Positions 36,244-49,300 of a DNA stretch of 64,000 nucleotides are shown here, one piece after another. The position numbers and the translations under genes are program-made. The notes beneath the pieces were generated by a model. That model was not told the DNA's origin. It ran no database searches and worked only from the letters and a program-made list of their open reading frames with translations. Source of the stretch: Microbotryum violaceum (Eukaryota). Numbering within the stretch: the stretch's first letter is position 1; every line of letters starts with the position of its first letter. The stretch covers positions 930,001-994,000 of the forward strand of contig CDLV01000005.1 of NCBI GenBank assembly GCA_001244265.2, in the 5' to 3' direction.

Positions 36244-39200
36244 ATGGACAATGTCTCTGATTCACCCAAGGGCGCAGGAGCCGAGAAGGTCTCCAATCCG
36301 GTTGTTGAAGTGACACCCTCGTCGTCGTCCTCCACGGCCGGCGACGACATTCCATCGTCATCGCCATCGTCATCGTCATCGGCGTCCACCCAACCCTCCA
36401 CGCTAATCGGAATCGGAATCGGAATCGGAATCGGAATCGGAATCGGCGTCGCGCCCCCCGCAGCCTCCGAATCAGCGACCCCGCTGAACCCGACCGAACT
36501 CTTCCTCGACGCAACACGAGGTTTCGACTCTCTGCTCAACAACCAACTCGACGAAGGCAAACGCATCTTTGAACGCTACCCCGACTCGGCCGCGCACAGT
36601 GTCGGACACGGCATCTCCGTCTTCTTGCAAGCCGCTCTGGGGCAGGAAGATCAGGCGCTCTATGGCGCTCTCAATGCGTTGATGAAGGCCGAGACGTTGT
36701 CCACCAAGGAGGTCAATGCCAAGAGGAGTGTCGGAGCCGGGGTGTATGCTCCCGGTTTAGAGTACAAGGTACGTCGCACGAGGTGGATCGCGTTCGATGC
36801 CCGCAAGTGGGGCGCAGTACCGACCGATCCCCCCCGCTGCGGTCACGCTCGAGCACCTTTGCAGCATGAGCGGGACGAACACCAGGCTCACCTCCGCCAT
36901 CATGACCCCGACAGGCTCTCGTTTCGGATGCGGTCATGAGTCAGGCCCTGTGCCATGTCCTGACCGAATCTTATGTGTCAGTCCTCCAGCGCCTCTCGGC
37001 CCGGCCTAGACTGTGCACAGCAATCTTGGTGATTTTGAACGCTGACTGGAACCTTGTTTTGGAATGTACAGAGAGTTTATGAAGGCCATATACAAACTCA
37101 ACCGAGCATACAAAGGCTTCAAGTCTCTATACACGGTGGGTCGGGTCTCGGAGGCCGGTGAGCGCGTGCAACTGAGCCGTAACTCGTTCTCCTCCGACTT
37201 TAGGTTGTCTTTCCCGACGGAGTCAGCGAATCCGACTCGCTTGAGTCCATCTTTACCAAGCTTAATTCCAACTACCTCGCCAAGACCGAAGGCGCACAAC
37301 CGTCTTCAACTCCGGGGCGATTGACCCCGAACGGAGCCTCGACTCCCACCTCGGCCACCACGCCAACGCCTTCGACCTCTTCCTCTCCTTCTCTCTCCTT
37401 CTTTGGGTCTTGGGGACGAAAGAGAGCCGATCCAAACGCAGCGGCCATAGTGGATGTCCCGTCCAACCTCTTACGGCATTCGTCCTCGGCCGTCACCTTG
37501 CCCTCGCAAATCTCTAAGCTCGGGAAAACCGACGAGAAACCTAACATCAAGATCGCCACCTCGACACCAGGGTCCAACTTGGCCAGTCGGAGTGCCAGTT
37601 TCGAGATTCTCAAGGGACAGAGGATCGAGCAGGGCGTCGATGGATCTCACCCCGCCCCTCTGTGGAAGGACGATCCGATCACGTCCCTCGTCATCGGTGG
37701 AGCTGCTTTCGGTTATGGACTTTTTGGACTGATGTGAGCTACAAGATCATCTTTTTCCAAGCTCGATCGCTCTCCGACCTAATGCACTGCACTCTGCCTG
37801 CAGCTTCTCTCTGCTACCGCCCAAGCTGCGAAAACTCATCTCGTGGTTCGGCTTCGGCAACTCGAATCGATCGGCGGCGCTCAAACTGCTGACGGTCGCC
37901 GCCTCGACCGGCAACGACACCCATGCCGCTTTCGCATCCTTGACTTTGCTGACGTTCTATTGTGTTGTGCTACTAAGTGGGTCATATTATACGAGTCGCA
38001 TGAGGACCATCAGCTGACGTTGCACATCTTCGATTATCTACAGTGAGTGGATGGCAGTCGGACGAGGAATACCTACTCAGTCAATGCGAGATCGTACTGG
38101 AACGCGTCATCGAGCGTTTCCCCGAAGGCACGCTGTGGATCCTACAGCGGGCCAAGATCGCTCGCATGCGCCACGACGTCCACACCGCGATCCAAGTCCT
38201 CGAGACGTCCTTGTCGCAAGGCTCGTCGTTCCGGGAAGCCGATTCGTTGCTTCAGTTTGAATTGGGGTGGTGCCTCCTCTCGGACGGACGGTTCGTGGCT
38301 ACGGCTGATTCGTTTGAAAGGATGTGCGAGTTGAACAACTGGAGTCATTCGACCTACGTTGCGATTGCTGCGGGTGCGTTGGTCGATGATCGAAGGCTGA
38401 CGGGTGGATCGGAGGAAAAGGACCAGAGGATCGAAGCGGCGTTCAAGAGGCTTGAAGATTTGTTGGTCGGTGGTAAGAGCAAGAGGATGATGGGTGAACC
38501 ACCGACAACGGAGATGTTCCTCAACCGGAGGCTCAACAGCTACAAGGCCAAGCATGCACGCTGGATCGAAGAAGGACGCTTGCCCAAGACGAGCAGTTAC
38601 TGGGAAGCGGTGCGCATGACTTCGGCGATGGAGCTAGGCTTCGTTTGGGCGACGATTGGGGGAAGATCCCCTCCTGCAGCGATCAGGGCGCAGATCGACT
38701 ACTTGGCTTCGTTGACGCCTTCGCCTGCTTTCGGACCGCATGCCCAACATCCCGCTTCGCCCTCTCCGCTACGACGTTGCTCGACCTCGGATGATCTCGA
38801 CACACTGGACGAGATTGCGACGAGGTCCTTGCTCCTAGGTGCCTTGTATCGCTCGCTCGACGACGGACCATCGCTCCATATCGCACGCGAATTTCTGCAG
38901 TCCATTACCAAGCACAAGGAAGGGATTAAAGAGGAGAAATGGGTCCCTAGTTTCGCCTTGTTCGAGCTGGCCGTTGTGGAGTGCAAGGAATGTGAGTTGG
39001 AGACGAGGAGGCTGGAGAAAGAGGGGGTGGAGGGGAAGGTGGTGGTGGGGAGGTGGAAGGATGGATTGGGCAAGGCGGAGAAGCTGATTGAAAACCTGTT
39101 CGCGAGTGGAGAGTATGATTTGAAGAGTGAGTCTTGCAGGTTCTTTGCGAGTTGAAAAAGGGATGCGGGACTGATAGCTGAGATGCCTGACTGTGTTCTA

Positions 39201-39272
39201 GGTCGGTTGGAGTCGAGGACGACGCAGTTGAGAGACGAGATTGCGGCCAAGAAGAAGAAGTTGGGAATCTGA
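36244..39272 (+). CDS. IML2: Iml2/TTC39-family TPR-like protein (DUF3808); multi-exon
   Basis: GFDSLLNNQLDEGKRIF, FLQAALGQE, LTESYVEFMKAIYKLNRAY, GAAFGYGLFGL..SLLPPKLRKL..WFGF, RFPEGTLWIL, FELGW, NNWSHSTY, PSFALFELA, EYDLKSRLE. Confidence 0.85.
36406..36447 (+). repeat. (ATCGGA)7 microsatellite encoding (IG)7 in the Iml2 N-terminus
   Basis: atcgga six times followed by atcggc, in frame. Confidence 0.9.
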
Positions 39273-39411
39273 GCAAGATTCTACCCCGTTTTATATTGTA
39301 CCATCTTTAGGTTCACATGTATACCTAGACGTCTAGCGCATAAATCACCCATTTTCTTTTCCTTCTGACGAGATACAACACTATTTTAAACACACAAAAT
39401 GTCTTTCGCCT

Positions 39412-40091
39412 TCATGGCCACGCATACAAACTCATCCTGACCCTCCCCCCCGAATTGGCACCTCGAAAACCCCAGCCATCATGGGCCTCGCCTCCCCGAG
39501 CCGCAGGAGCTCCATGGGTGCGTTGTGGAGGCTGATCGGGGATATCGTCGACTTGGACGCCTTCGGCTATGAGCCATTCCGCTTGACGCGCAACGGAGAC
39601 GTCGTTCATCCGGGGGGAGATTTGACCGTTCGAACTGACGACTCGATGCCAGGGGACGAAATCTGGGTTCAGGTCGGGTTCGGCGAGGGGTGCATCGGCG
39701 TCGGCGTCGGCGTTAGCGTCGAGTGGGGGGGAAGGTCGTTGCGGTAGATGAGGGGAGGATAGGTTACGGGGGAGGAGCTTGAGTGCTGCGCCTACGTGGC
39801 GGGAATGTTTGGGGTGGCCGATCAGGGTCGCGATCCGACCGTAGGAACTGACCTGTGTTGGACGTGGAGCAAGTCAGCTATCTTCGTAGTAGATAGGTGA
39901 ACAAGATATCAAGAGCCGCTCACCCTTCCCTCCGGTATAGACCTGACCGCATCATACACGAGCCGATGGAAGTGCAGGTCAATCTCCACCCGAACCGCAC
40001 CGTCGCGGGGTGGGGGTGGCGTCGCGAGGCGGAGGTTTAGGTCATCTCCTCGGTTGGCTGCTGCACGTCTTGGTCGATTGACGCGCGGCAT
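39412..40091 (-). CDS. ATL1: Alkyltransferase-like protein (ATL; MGMT fold with Trp replacing the catalytic Cys); 2 exons
   Basis: FHRLVYDAVRSIPEGRVSSYGRIATLIGHPKHSRHVGAALK...VPWHRVVSSNGQISPR...RQAEWLIAEGV. The motif is PWHRV rather than PCHRV. Confidence 0.9.
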
Positions 40092-40782
40092 TTGAGGAGA
40101 AGAACACAACGGTGACTTGGGAGCCTTACTGATTGTACGGGGAGAGACCAGTTCGGGAGCAAAGAAAGTGATGAACTGCGCTCGGCACCTAAGCTCCGCA
40201 GCCGCGAGCTCTCTTCTGCTCTCTTCCCCGACTTTCGTCGCCCGTTTGAGACCCGACTCGTTTATGAAAGTGAACATGATACATATGCAAAGAATAATCG
40301 ACTCACAAAAAGCCCCACGGCGGCGGCGCTGACAAGCACACCAAGTCTTCTCGGTAGAGTCAAGTTAGGGTGCACATGGCCCGGGGGCGTCTGAGAAAAA
40401 TCTTACAGAAAGGAAGAAGACGGAGGCGTATTTCTGGGTCTTGTTCCGGAGGGTTATGCCCACACAGGAAGAAACTCCTTGATCGCCCTCCTTGCCCAAG
40501 TAAGCGCAGCAGAGGGGAAAAGCGTGGCCGCGAATCCCGCGATCACTTTTCGAGGCCATGCGCACCGAGCAAAGTGGGGCTCGGTGGTGGTTCCAGGTTC
40601 GGTGAGCGGAGCTGTCAGCTCACAGTACATCGCGCTCGTCGCCGTTCGACACTTTTTGGTCTCTACTCATTCCGAACCTATTTGACCACTCGCATTTCAC
40701 TTCTCCGGGCGGTGCATACCTCTAACCCTCGAGCAACACGCTACAACCCTTACCGACTTCAAAACCCACTTGCCCCCGCACG

Positions 40783-42557
40783 ATGAGCGGCAAACTACCG
40801 TCGCCGACCACACCCCTCGCTTCATGTTTGAACCTTCATGACATCGAAAAGGTCGCTCAACAGACGCTCAAGCCGAAAGTACGTCACTCCTGGCATGGCC
40901 ACCCCCAGCTCGACCTACAGCTGAGCCAGCCAGGCGCCGACAACTTCAAGTTCGCCGGCCCGGAGCAACCGGCCCCACTCCTTCAAGTTGCCTCCGCTCG
41001 CCCCCACTGACCTCCACTTCCCCGCACACAGAGCTGGGCTTACTACCATTCCTCCGCGGACGACTCTGTCACCATGGACAGGAACCGCTCTGTCTACTCG
41101 CAGATTCGCTTCCGGCCACGTGCGCTGAAACCGGTTGCGCAGGTCGATACGTCGACCTATATCCTCGGCTACATATCCAACTATCCGTTTTTCATTAGTC
41201 CGGCGGCGATGGGCAGTGCGTGTGACGAAGAGTGGATTCTTGTTGGATTGTCGGGTTTAGGTCCGGAACTGAACCTTGCTTTGATCGCTTGGTACCATTC
41301 CGCTTCATCAGAACTCGCACACGAGGATGGAGAAATCGCTCTCGTCAAAGGAGCCGCTCGAGTGGGGATCCCCTATGGCTGTTCGACCGCAGCCTCCGTA
41401 AGCCCGCTTGACATAGCAGCTGCGGGGAACGAAGATCAGACACTTTTCTTCCGTGAGTCTTTCATACATCTTGAAGGTGGGAGATTGGTTCTGACCTTCA
41501 AACCTGGATCTCCGCGGGGAACGAGAATCTCACTACGTCAGAGCTCTACATGCTCAAGGACAAGCAGAGGGTCGAGATGGTCCTCGGGGTTGCCAAAGCC
41601 ATTGGTTTCAAAGCCATCCTATTCACAGTTGGTCAGTCGTCATCGCCTCGTTGCTTCCTGTCGGATCGTGCTGATCTCCGACACCGAGCTCGTTCTTACA
41701 GACGCCCCCGTGCCGGGCAAGCGCGAACTTGATCTCCGGACGGGCCTCGACGAGAACACAATTGTGCTCGACGAATCGGCGGGCCAGATCGGAGAGAAGA
41801 AGTCGGCCGTTGCCGAGTCATCCCAGTGAGCTATTGATAAAGCTGTCACGACAGCACGAGACCACTTCTGACCAAGATGCTACCCCTTCTCGCCCAGACT
41901 TTTGACCACGAACTTGACGTGGGATCTCATCGCTTGGATCAAGGAGAAGAGTGGGTTGCCCGTCGTCGTCAAGGGAATCCAGTCGTACGAGGATGCGGTG
42001 CAATGCGAGAAGTATGGTGCCGCTGCCATCATGCTGTCGAACCATGGTCAGTCCGTTGATGTCCCGAGGTGAACGCAGCGCATCTGTTTTGATCATCTTC
42101 CTCTCGCTTGATTCATAGGCGGTCGACAGCTCGACACGTGAGTGACATGCTCCCGTTGATACTATCTGAGACCCTTCCATGCTTCTGACACGCAACTCCC
42201 TTACTTGTTTACAGAGCATCGACCCCGATCGAAACCCTCCTCGAGATCCGTCGATACGCCCCTGACCTCCTGACCTCCTCCATGCAAATCATCGTCGACT
42301 CCGGCATCCGCCGTGGCACCGACGCCGTCATCGCCCTCTGCTTAGGCGCCGACGCCGTTTCCCTTGGTCGACCGTTCATGTATTCTCTCTGTTATGGTGA
42401 GGAAGGCGTTACGAGGTGTGCTGAGATCTTAGGGGAGGAAATTGCGAGAACCATGAGGTTATTGGGTGTTAGGAGTGTGAGGGAGTTGAATAAGAGCTTG
42501 GTCAATACGACGAAGGTGGAGAGGTTATTGTTTGCCGAGGGGAGTGTGAAATTGTAA
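40783..42557 (+). CDS. FMN-dependent alpha-hydroxy acid oxidase/dehydrogenase without a cytochrome b5 domain; many exons
   Basis: CLNLHDIEKVA...WAYYHSSADD...IRFRPRAL, PFFISPAAMG, TVDAPVPGKRELD, LPVVVKGIQS.EDA, SNHGGRQLD, DSGIRRGTD..IALCLGA.AVSLGRPFMY. Confidence 0.9.
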
Positions 42558-42729
42558 TCGAGGCAAATGGTTTTTGCACGGACTTTTTTTCAGGGGTTCA
42601 CTTGGTGCGTGCGTCACCTGTCGACAGGTGCGCCACTCGAATGGGGGTTGAGCGTGATTACATCAATAGATCAACGTCAAACCCAACCAAAGGAACACCT
42701 ACAAGTACCCCACACCGTTACCGAATTCG

Positions 42730-43362
42730 ATGCCCAAAAGATCTGCGACAAGTCGACCTCCGCAACCGCTTTACGCTTCGGGTCTGCAAAATGCATCGTC
42801 CACTGATGAGTTCATGGTGAGTCAATGACTCGACGACCAAGTTCTACTACGGTAGCGTGCCGACGCATTGTCAAAAGAAAATGTTTGGGATCCTCAATGT
42901 TAGTGTTGGAATAAATCATGTAGTTACTGATTGCGACTTTCACAGGGCCAAGGCCTTCGATGCGCAGTGGAAGATGACGATGGACAGGGTCATGGGCACC
43001 GAGGCGGAGAAGTGAGGTGAGTCGCTCGATGGGAGTATCTTTAGAACCCTGGGAGTGCCTATACTATCGAGCTGATACCGCGTGCTCTCTCCATAACAAA
43101 TGTGAATATCGCAAGTGCCCCGGCCGACTGGGCCCAATCCATGGCCGGCTACTCAATTTTCGCCACTCGTAAAGAGTCCGCCGCCGCCCCTCGCTTGCTC
43201 GCAATGTTCAGCGGCAACGAGACCTCCTCTGACAACTCGACTTCTTTCACCTCCAATTCGACGACCCCGTCCAAATATTCGACAGCTCCTTCGGGAACTC
43301 GCATTCGACGGAAGAGTGTTCGCGGGGAATCGGGTTCTCCTACTACTGCTTCGGAGTCCTAA
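42730..43362 (+). CDS. Possible 134-aa Ser/Thr-rich orphan protein; exons 42730-42816, 42946-43016, 43116-43362
   Basis: Two GTGAGT donors, CACAG and GCAAG acceptors with CTGAT branch-like sites, and consistent phases. No recognisable family. Confidence 0.4.
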
Positions 43363-43777
43363 ACCACTCAATGGGTTGAGTTGGGGAGTGAGTCGAGGGA
43401 CCGTCAATTCTTCGTTCTGAATCGGCGTCGCACTCGTCGGGTTTGTTGCGTTCTCGCAATAGTGTTTCATGTTCAATAGATCGACAAGAACGACCTACTA
43501 GGGACGGGTGTGTGCCCGCACCTCAGACCTTTACGCTTCTGCCTTTCGTTTTGGGTGCTAGTTCACTCCCTTGTTCGCATTTGATGTGACCCAGTTATCC
43601 GTTTAAAGACCGCTTTTGTTGATCGATAATAGATATTGACTGGCTCAAGACTTTGAGCGCATGTCATCGTGCCCTTGAGAACATGTTTGATTTCGTGTTC
43701 GTCATTCTCGAGATGCCAACAGGATGGTGTGGAATAGATCTAATAGGTTTCGCAAACTACACGTGGATAAATATAGC

Positions 43778-43854
43778 AAGAGATGGGAAGACAGTTTTCA
43801 AGAATCATGATAGAAGAGATGGGAAGACAATTTACAAGAATCCTGATAGAAGAG
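43778..43854. repeat. 36-bp tandem direct repeat (2 copies plus a partial third) downstream of the TPT gene
   Basis: aagagatgggaagacagttttcaagaatcatgatag and aagagatgggaagacaatttacaagaatcctgatag differ at 3 positions. Confidence 0.85.
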
Positions 43855-43905
43855 CTAAAACCACTTCCGAGTGCCCCGGACGAAGCCGTGATCTACTTGG
43901 TTCTG

Positions 43906-45632
43906 TCACCCTTGCATCTTGAACATGACCAAACCGGTAAGAGCGATGATATAACCAAAGATTTGAGTCCCGGTGATGGATGAACCGAGGATGAAGTAAC
44001 TTCCACTGATGAGCAGGATCTGGAGGAAGGAAGGAAGGGGGGGGGGGATCTGATCAGCATCACGCGTTCCTTGGAACGAGGAGAGCTGCCAGAAAGTCTC
44101 ACATCTTTAAGTACGCCAGAGAGCGTCAATACCAAACCACTTGCTTTCCCGATCAACCACACGGATGACAAGTTGAGAGCAAAGGTCATGCAAGCACTGC
44201 GGGGATCAAAGGCGGATTAGCTCAACCGACGCACACAAGTGAAGAGCACTGGCTCGTATGGTGTTCGGGGACTCACTTTCCCAACAGCATAGGAATGCCA
44301 ACTTTCTCGATCGCATCAGAGAAGACGGAGAACCCTTCAACAGGCAAGAGGATGATCGAGTTGATGACGAGGCAGACGGGGGCGAAGTAGTACAACGAGG
44401 TCAGAGGGTCAAGACCCATGCCTATTTAATTTGAAGAGCAAATTATCCGAGGTCAGCACGAATTACGTTGTATCAAACAGACCCATAGCTTGTACCTTGG
44501 AGCAAGATTTGGACGAGCACAAGTCGGCACGACTCGATCGCGATAGCCAGAGCCTACCGGTACACAACTCTGCGTCAGTTCGGAGCGTCTCATCCTCCCA
44601 AGATGATCCAAAAGCCCACCTGTACAAGGAACCCAATCATCTCGAATTCAATCTCGGCGAACGAAGCGATTGCCACGCCCAATGAGATGGCCCCGACGAT
44701 CCCCATGATCTTCCTATTGAGTTCTTTCAGACCGAAAGCCGCCGAGACAAGCAAAACGGATACTGGGGTGAAAGCTTTGATCCTGTAATAAAAGGTGCGA
44801 CAGAGCGTAAGAAGTAGGTAAATGCCCAGCAGTAGCGAGAAGCCCCCTGCATACATTTGAATGAAGCTAACGGTCAATCGCAGGTAGACCCAGTTGGAGA
44901 GCACGAGCGAGGCGGAAAAGAGCGCGCCGACGGGGACGATCTTGCGAATGAAGACGTCGCGGTTCATCTTTCCTGTCGCTTCGAGTTCCTTGGCCTTGTC
45001 GACGAGAGGCGTATATCTGCGTAGAGCACGAGTCGCAAGTGTTTGGAACTGTGGTTTGGCGGCCGAGGACGAACAATGCGAGTCAGACGGCCCTCATTCA
45101 CATCAAGAAGAACGCCAACGAGATGCATCAATGACGTACAGTCAAGTGGACTGTTGTCAAAGCCTGTAAGACATACCAAGAGGGTGAGCAAATAAATTCG
45201 CGGCTCGGTCGTGAAAGTCTTGCCGACTTACGACAGGGTGATTGAACTTGAGGTCGTAGAGGATGTACTTGTTTTGGAGGATAATGAAGGAAGATGTCCC
45301 GATCCAGCAGACGATTCTGTGCGGCGACATGACTTGGTGGTCAGACCTTGGCAAAGTGTGAGTCGATCTCGGGGAAGAATTTACGGTACCCAAGCGGGGA
45401 GCCTCTGCCAGAGCGGTCGATCGAGCTGTTGCTGCTGCTGCAGCTGCGGGTTGTTGGGTTCCTCGTCGACCCTCTTGCGATCGAACTTGAGGGCATTGAC
45501 CTCCCTCAGCGGACGTTGGTTGAAGGGCAACTCGCGTTCACTCTCTTGGAAATAGCTCGTGAACGAGAACCCACCCGCCGCGGCTCCTGCGCCGCTGCCT
45601 CCCGCCTCGTTGCTGTTCGAGTTGAAGGCCAT
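43906..45632 (-). CDS. Triose-phosphate/nucleotide-sugar transporter family (TPT/DMT; SLC35E-like); many exons
   Basis: [117 protein letters not shown]. Confidence 0.88.
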
Positions 45633-46311
45633 CACTGGCTCCGAGCGGGGCTGGCTCGTCGTGCAGGGCGCTGATGATTGGGGTTCGAGCGTCGAAGCAC
45701 CGAATCTTGGAGGGGATGACGACGGCGAGAAGCCAATAGACTGCGGAAAGGTGATCGGCGGCTCAGTTTACAGCCCGCGCAGTCTCGGTTAGGTGGGAGA
45801 GAGGGCTATCTGGGGAGAAGCAAGCACGAGGCCGGCCGCAGCACGGTCGCCCGAGACTGACGGGATGTGGACGACTGCGCTCGACGAGTCCTGTGGTGGA
45901 TCCAGCTTGAACAGCGCACACAGGATATAGCGCACGGGTCCGGCAGTCGCGAGATCGGGTAGGCAGGCACCACCAGAAGGGAGAAGGTTCCGAGGAGCGC
46001 GTGAACGCCGACAACGTAAAGTGCCGAACACGTTCAACATTCGCACGGACCGCTTGTTGAACGTGCCTGAGAAGAGATCACCTACGGTGGCCCTGCACCT
46101 GGGTTCTCCAGTGATGTCTCTGTTTTCATCAATTCACGCTGGCAGTATACAACACAGTCAATTACAAATGTACCCTCGAAGAAGAATTAGAGCCTACGCA
46201 GGCGAAACTCTGCCGAAACCGGACAAGCGCTGCGAAATCGTGCGCAGCTCACACAGCACACCACCACATCTTGAGCCAGAGCGAACAGCAATGCAGAAAC
46301 CCGAACGGGGC

Positions 46312-49300
46312 TCAGTTGAGGTATTTGCGGCACAGCGGGTGGCCGCACAAGCAAGGAATCTTGACCTCTTCATGAGGGAAATGATAATCTGAGGAAAAAC
46401 TCGTCAGCGATTATCCTCCGATCCTGATTCAACGTAAGACGCGTCCACTGACCATAAGTGACTTCTTCGCCCGGCTCAATGTCCGTCTTGGCGTAAATGA
46501 CAATCTTCTTGACGCTGTTGATGGTGATGATCTTGGCCGTGCAGTTGGGCGCGCAACAATGGTTGATCAAGCGGCTGGGTGAAAAAATGTGTGAGTTGTC
46601 GGCCGTCAAGAGGACACAGCGAGCAGGGGGAACTCACCCTAGGTTACCCTTCTTCGTCGCATCGACCACTAAATCATCATCGACTCGGAAAAGGTAACTA
46701 CTACCGATACCTTGCCTCTCGTACGCCTTCTCGCGACGATCGGCAACTTGCTGGCGGATCAATTCTCCGACATACTCGATCACCATCTCGCCGGCGGGGA
46801 TGTGTCTATAAGTCGCCGGCGACGATTGGTCAGCTCAATCATTCGTGCGTGGTGTTCGGCAAGCAAACTTACTCGAGTGCAAAGAGACCATAACCTTCGA
46901 TGCCCGAACGCGAGAACGTGAGCTGCTTCTTGCGTGTCCTCAACTGGTTGAATTTGAGCACGTCCGTATCGGTCTCGGTGACCTTCTTGTGCAATTCCAT
47001 GCCGCGCACCAGTCCTCGCACATTCGCGCGAGCGGACCTTGACACTGAATGCCCCGATGCCAGCGTAGGAGCGACGACACCATCCGTCGCAGCGACTTTG
47101 GTTTTGCTGCCCGTGTAAGCCGGGCGATTCGCCATCTTCTCCGCGACCGACACTTGGTAGTAGCCTTCCGTCTTGGCGGCACCGGTCCTATGGACTTTGC
47201 GCACCGGGATTGGTTTCTCTTTGACTGCGGCACCCTCGCCTTCGCCCTCATCTTCCGAAGTAGGAGGGGTGGGGTGCATCGCCGCCCCCGCACGCACACG
47301 CTCGATCGCCATCTTGACGTAGTAGAGATCCTCCTCGTCGGCCGCCAAGCCATCCTGCCAAGGGTCAAGAGGGATGAGGCGTTCAGCAGCGCGTCGGACG
47401 TGCCAGACCTTCTCGGCGCGACGTTCGCTTCGGGCGTGCTTGCGATCGGCTTTGGCCTTCTTCCACAGAGAAAGCTGCACTGGCGTCGGGATCGGGTTGA
47501 GGTACGCGGAGGAGTACAGCTCCGGCTTGGCGCTCTTCGACCACGATCCGATCGGCTTTCCATTGGCCGCGTAGCGAATGCGCTCAAAGTTGACGGAGAC
47601 GCACTTTTCGGTGAAGTCAGAAGAAATGGGGCGGAGACTTTCGAGCGCAGAACTGAGCGCCTCGTACAGCGTCTCGCGGGCACCGGCGAACTTGCTGCTG
47701 GTCTGGCCAGAGGTGTCCTGATGACCCCTACGTGCGAGTCGGTTCTGGGCAGAAGGTCCGCGAGAGTTGGGCAGAGCGTGAAGCTCAGGCGAAGGGAACT
47801 CGCGGTTGCCGAGCTCGGGGCTACCGTTGCGAGTCGATGCAGCGTCAACATCGACATCTTGGACCACGGGGACAGCAACGTCGAGCGCCGGAGTTACGAT
47901 GTCAGCCGTCGAAAGACGTTGCTTCGCCTCCTCGTCCTCGGTTTCGTCTTCACTGCTGGTGTAGTCGAATTGCGTCCTCTTGGCTTTGTAAGCCGTTGGA
48001 ACTTTCCCTTTGGTTCTCGACCTGGCGAGTGCCTTCTTCTTAGTTGGCGATGACTTGGCGATCTCCTCGATCTGGCTGTCTTCGGCATCGGATTCAGAGT
48101 CGGTCGATTTTGGGCGCAGGGTCTTTGATTTGCTGTGTTTACTCGGCGAGTTGACCGATGCGTGCACACTCTCGCTATCGGACTCTGGTGCCGAGGCCGA
48201 GGGAGAATCCGAACTTGCTCGCGAAGAAGCTCTGCGGAACACACGTCCTGCCAGCGCTGCGGCAGTGCGTTTGGCTTCCTCCGGAGGTGGCTTGACGCGC
48301 CGAGAGAAAGAAGGCAACGTCTTGAGCGCGGAGGTAGTCACCAAAGCGGTCGTAGGGATCGCCGTCGGCACAATGGATCGAAGAGATGATGCATCCGGCA
48401 AAGAGGCTTCTTCCTTCGGCTTGACAGGGGAAGGCGGAGCACTTATAGCATGCACCACCGTCGTCGACTCCCAACTCGCGACATGCTCGACAATCTTCGG
48501 CATGACGATTCGGCTCTTGAGGTCTTTCTGGAACGCTTCCAAAAGATCCTGCACAACGATGTCGCGCGCCTCCTGGAGCAGCTCTGCATCGGTCCAGCTC
48601 GTCTTCTTCGGCTTCGCAAGGGTGGCGTGTGCGTTTGACGGAACACTGGCAAGAGCAGAAAAAGCTTTGTGTCGACTCGGAGACGTCGCATTGTTCGTTA
48701 CGGCGTCGTGAAGTTTGAGTTCAAGAGGGCCAGCGATAAAGATTCGCCCCTGGCCGTGATCGTGCGCGCGTTTGGCGCCGGTCATTGAAGTGAATGTGAC
48801 GAACCACGCATCTTGAGTCGAGAGCGTCTGCGAACCAGGAATGGAGGGTGGCCCGTCAGAAGCAGGGTAATCACTTGTCACTTGCAGGAATAACTTACGC
48901 GATCGAGTCCAAACCGGTCAAACACCCCTTCAAGCTCTCGGGCGTTCATCTCGGCCCCACGATGGAGTCTGCGCGCCGCGGCAAACTTCTTCTTGTCGAT
49001 CGACACAAAGGCATGTCCATTTGCAGCTAGAGCTTCTTGCAGCAGTCGCTCGGTGGCCATGAAAGCGAGCGGCGTCTGTCGAGCATCACGACTCTGGAGT
49101 AGGCCACTCGCACGCCCCGATTTGACGGGTGAGTAAACGACATCAAGTCGATCATCCTTCTCTTCGTCGTCGTCGTCCCCGTCGCGCCTGAGCCCCTTGG
49201 CTTGATTCTGCTTCATGCGCTTCTTGGCTTGCTCAATCACGTCTTGAACGCTGTACGACGAGAAGCGGCCGCGCTGCTGAACCGGCGGGATCGGGTTCAT

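Noticed and set aside
43150-43359. Protein-like minus-strand frame (DSEAVVGEPDSPRTLFRRMRVPEGAVEYLDGVVELEV...)
   Set aside because: I found no convincing start or upstream donor. It is the antisense shadow of the + strand candidate exon.
43778-43854. 36-bp direct repeat resembling a CRISPR repeat in length
   Set aside because: The copies are adjacent with no spacers, there are no cas genes, and the context is a eukaryotic 3' region.
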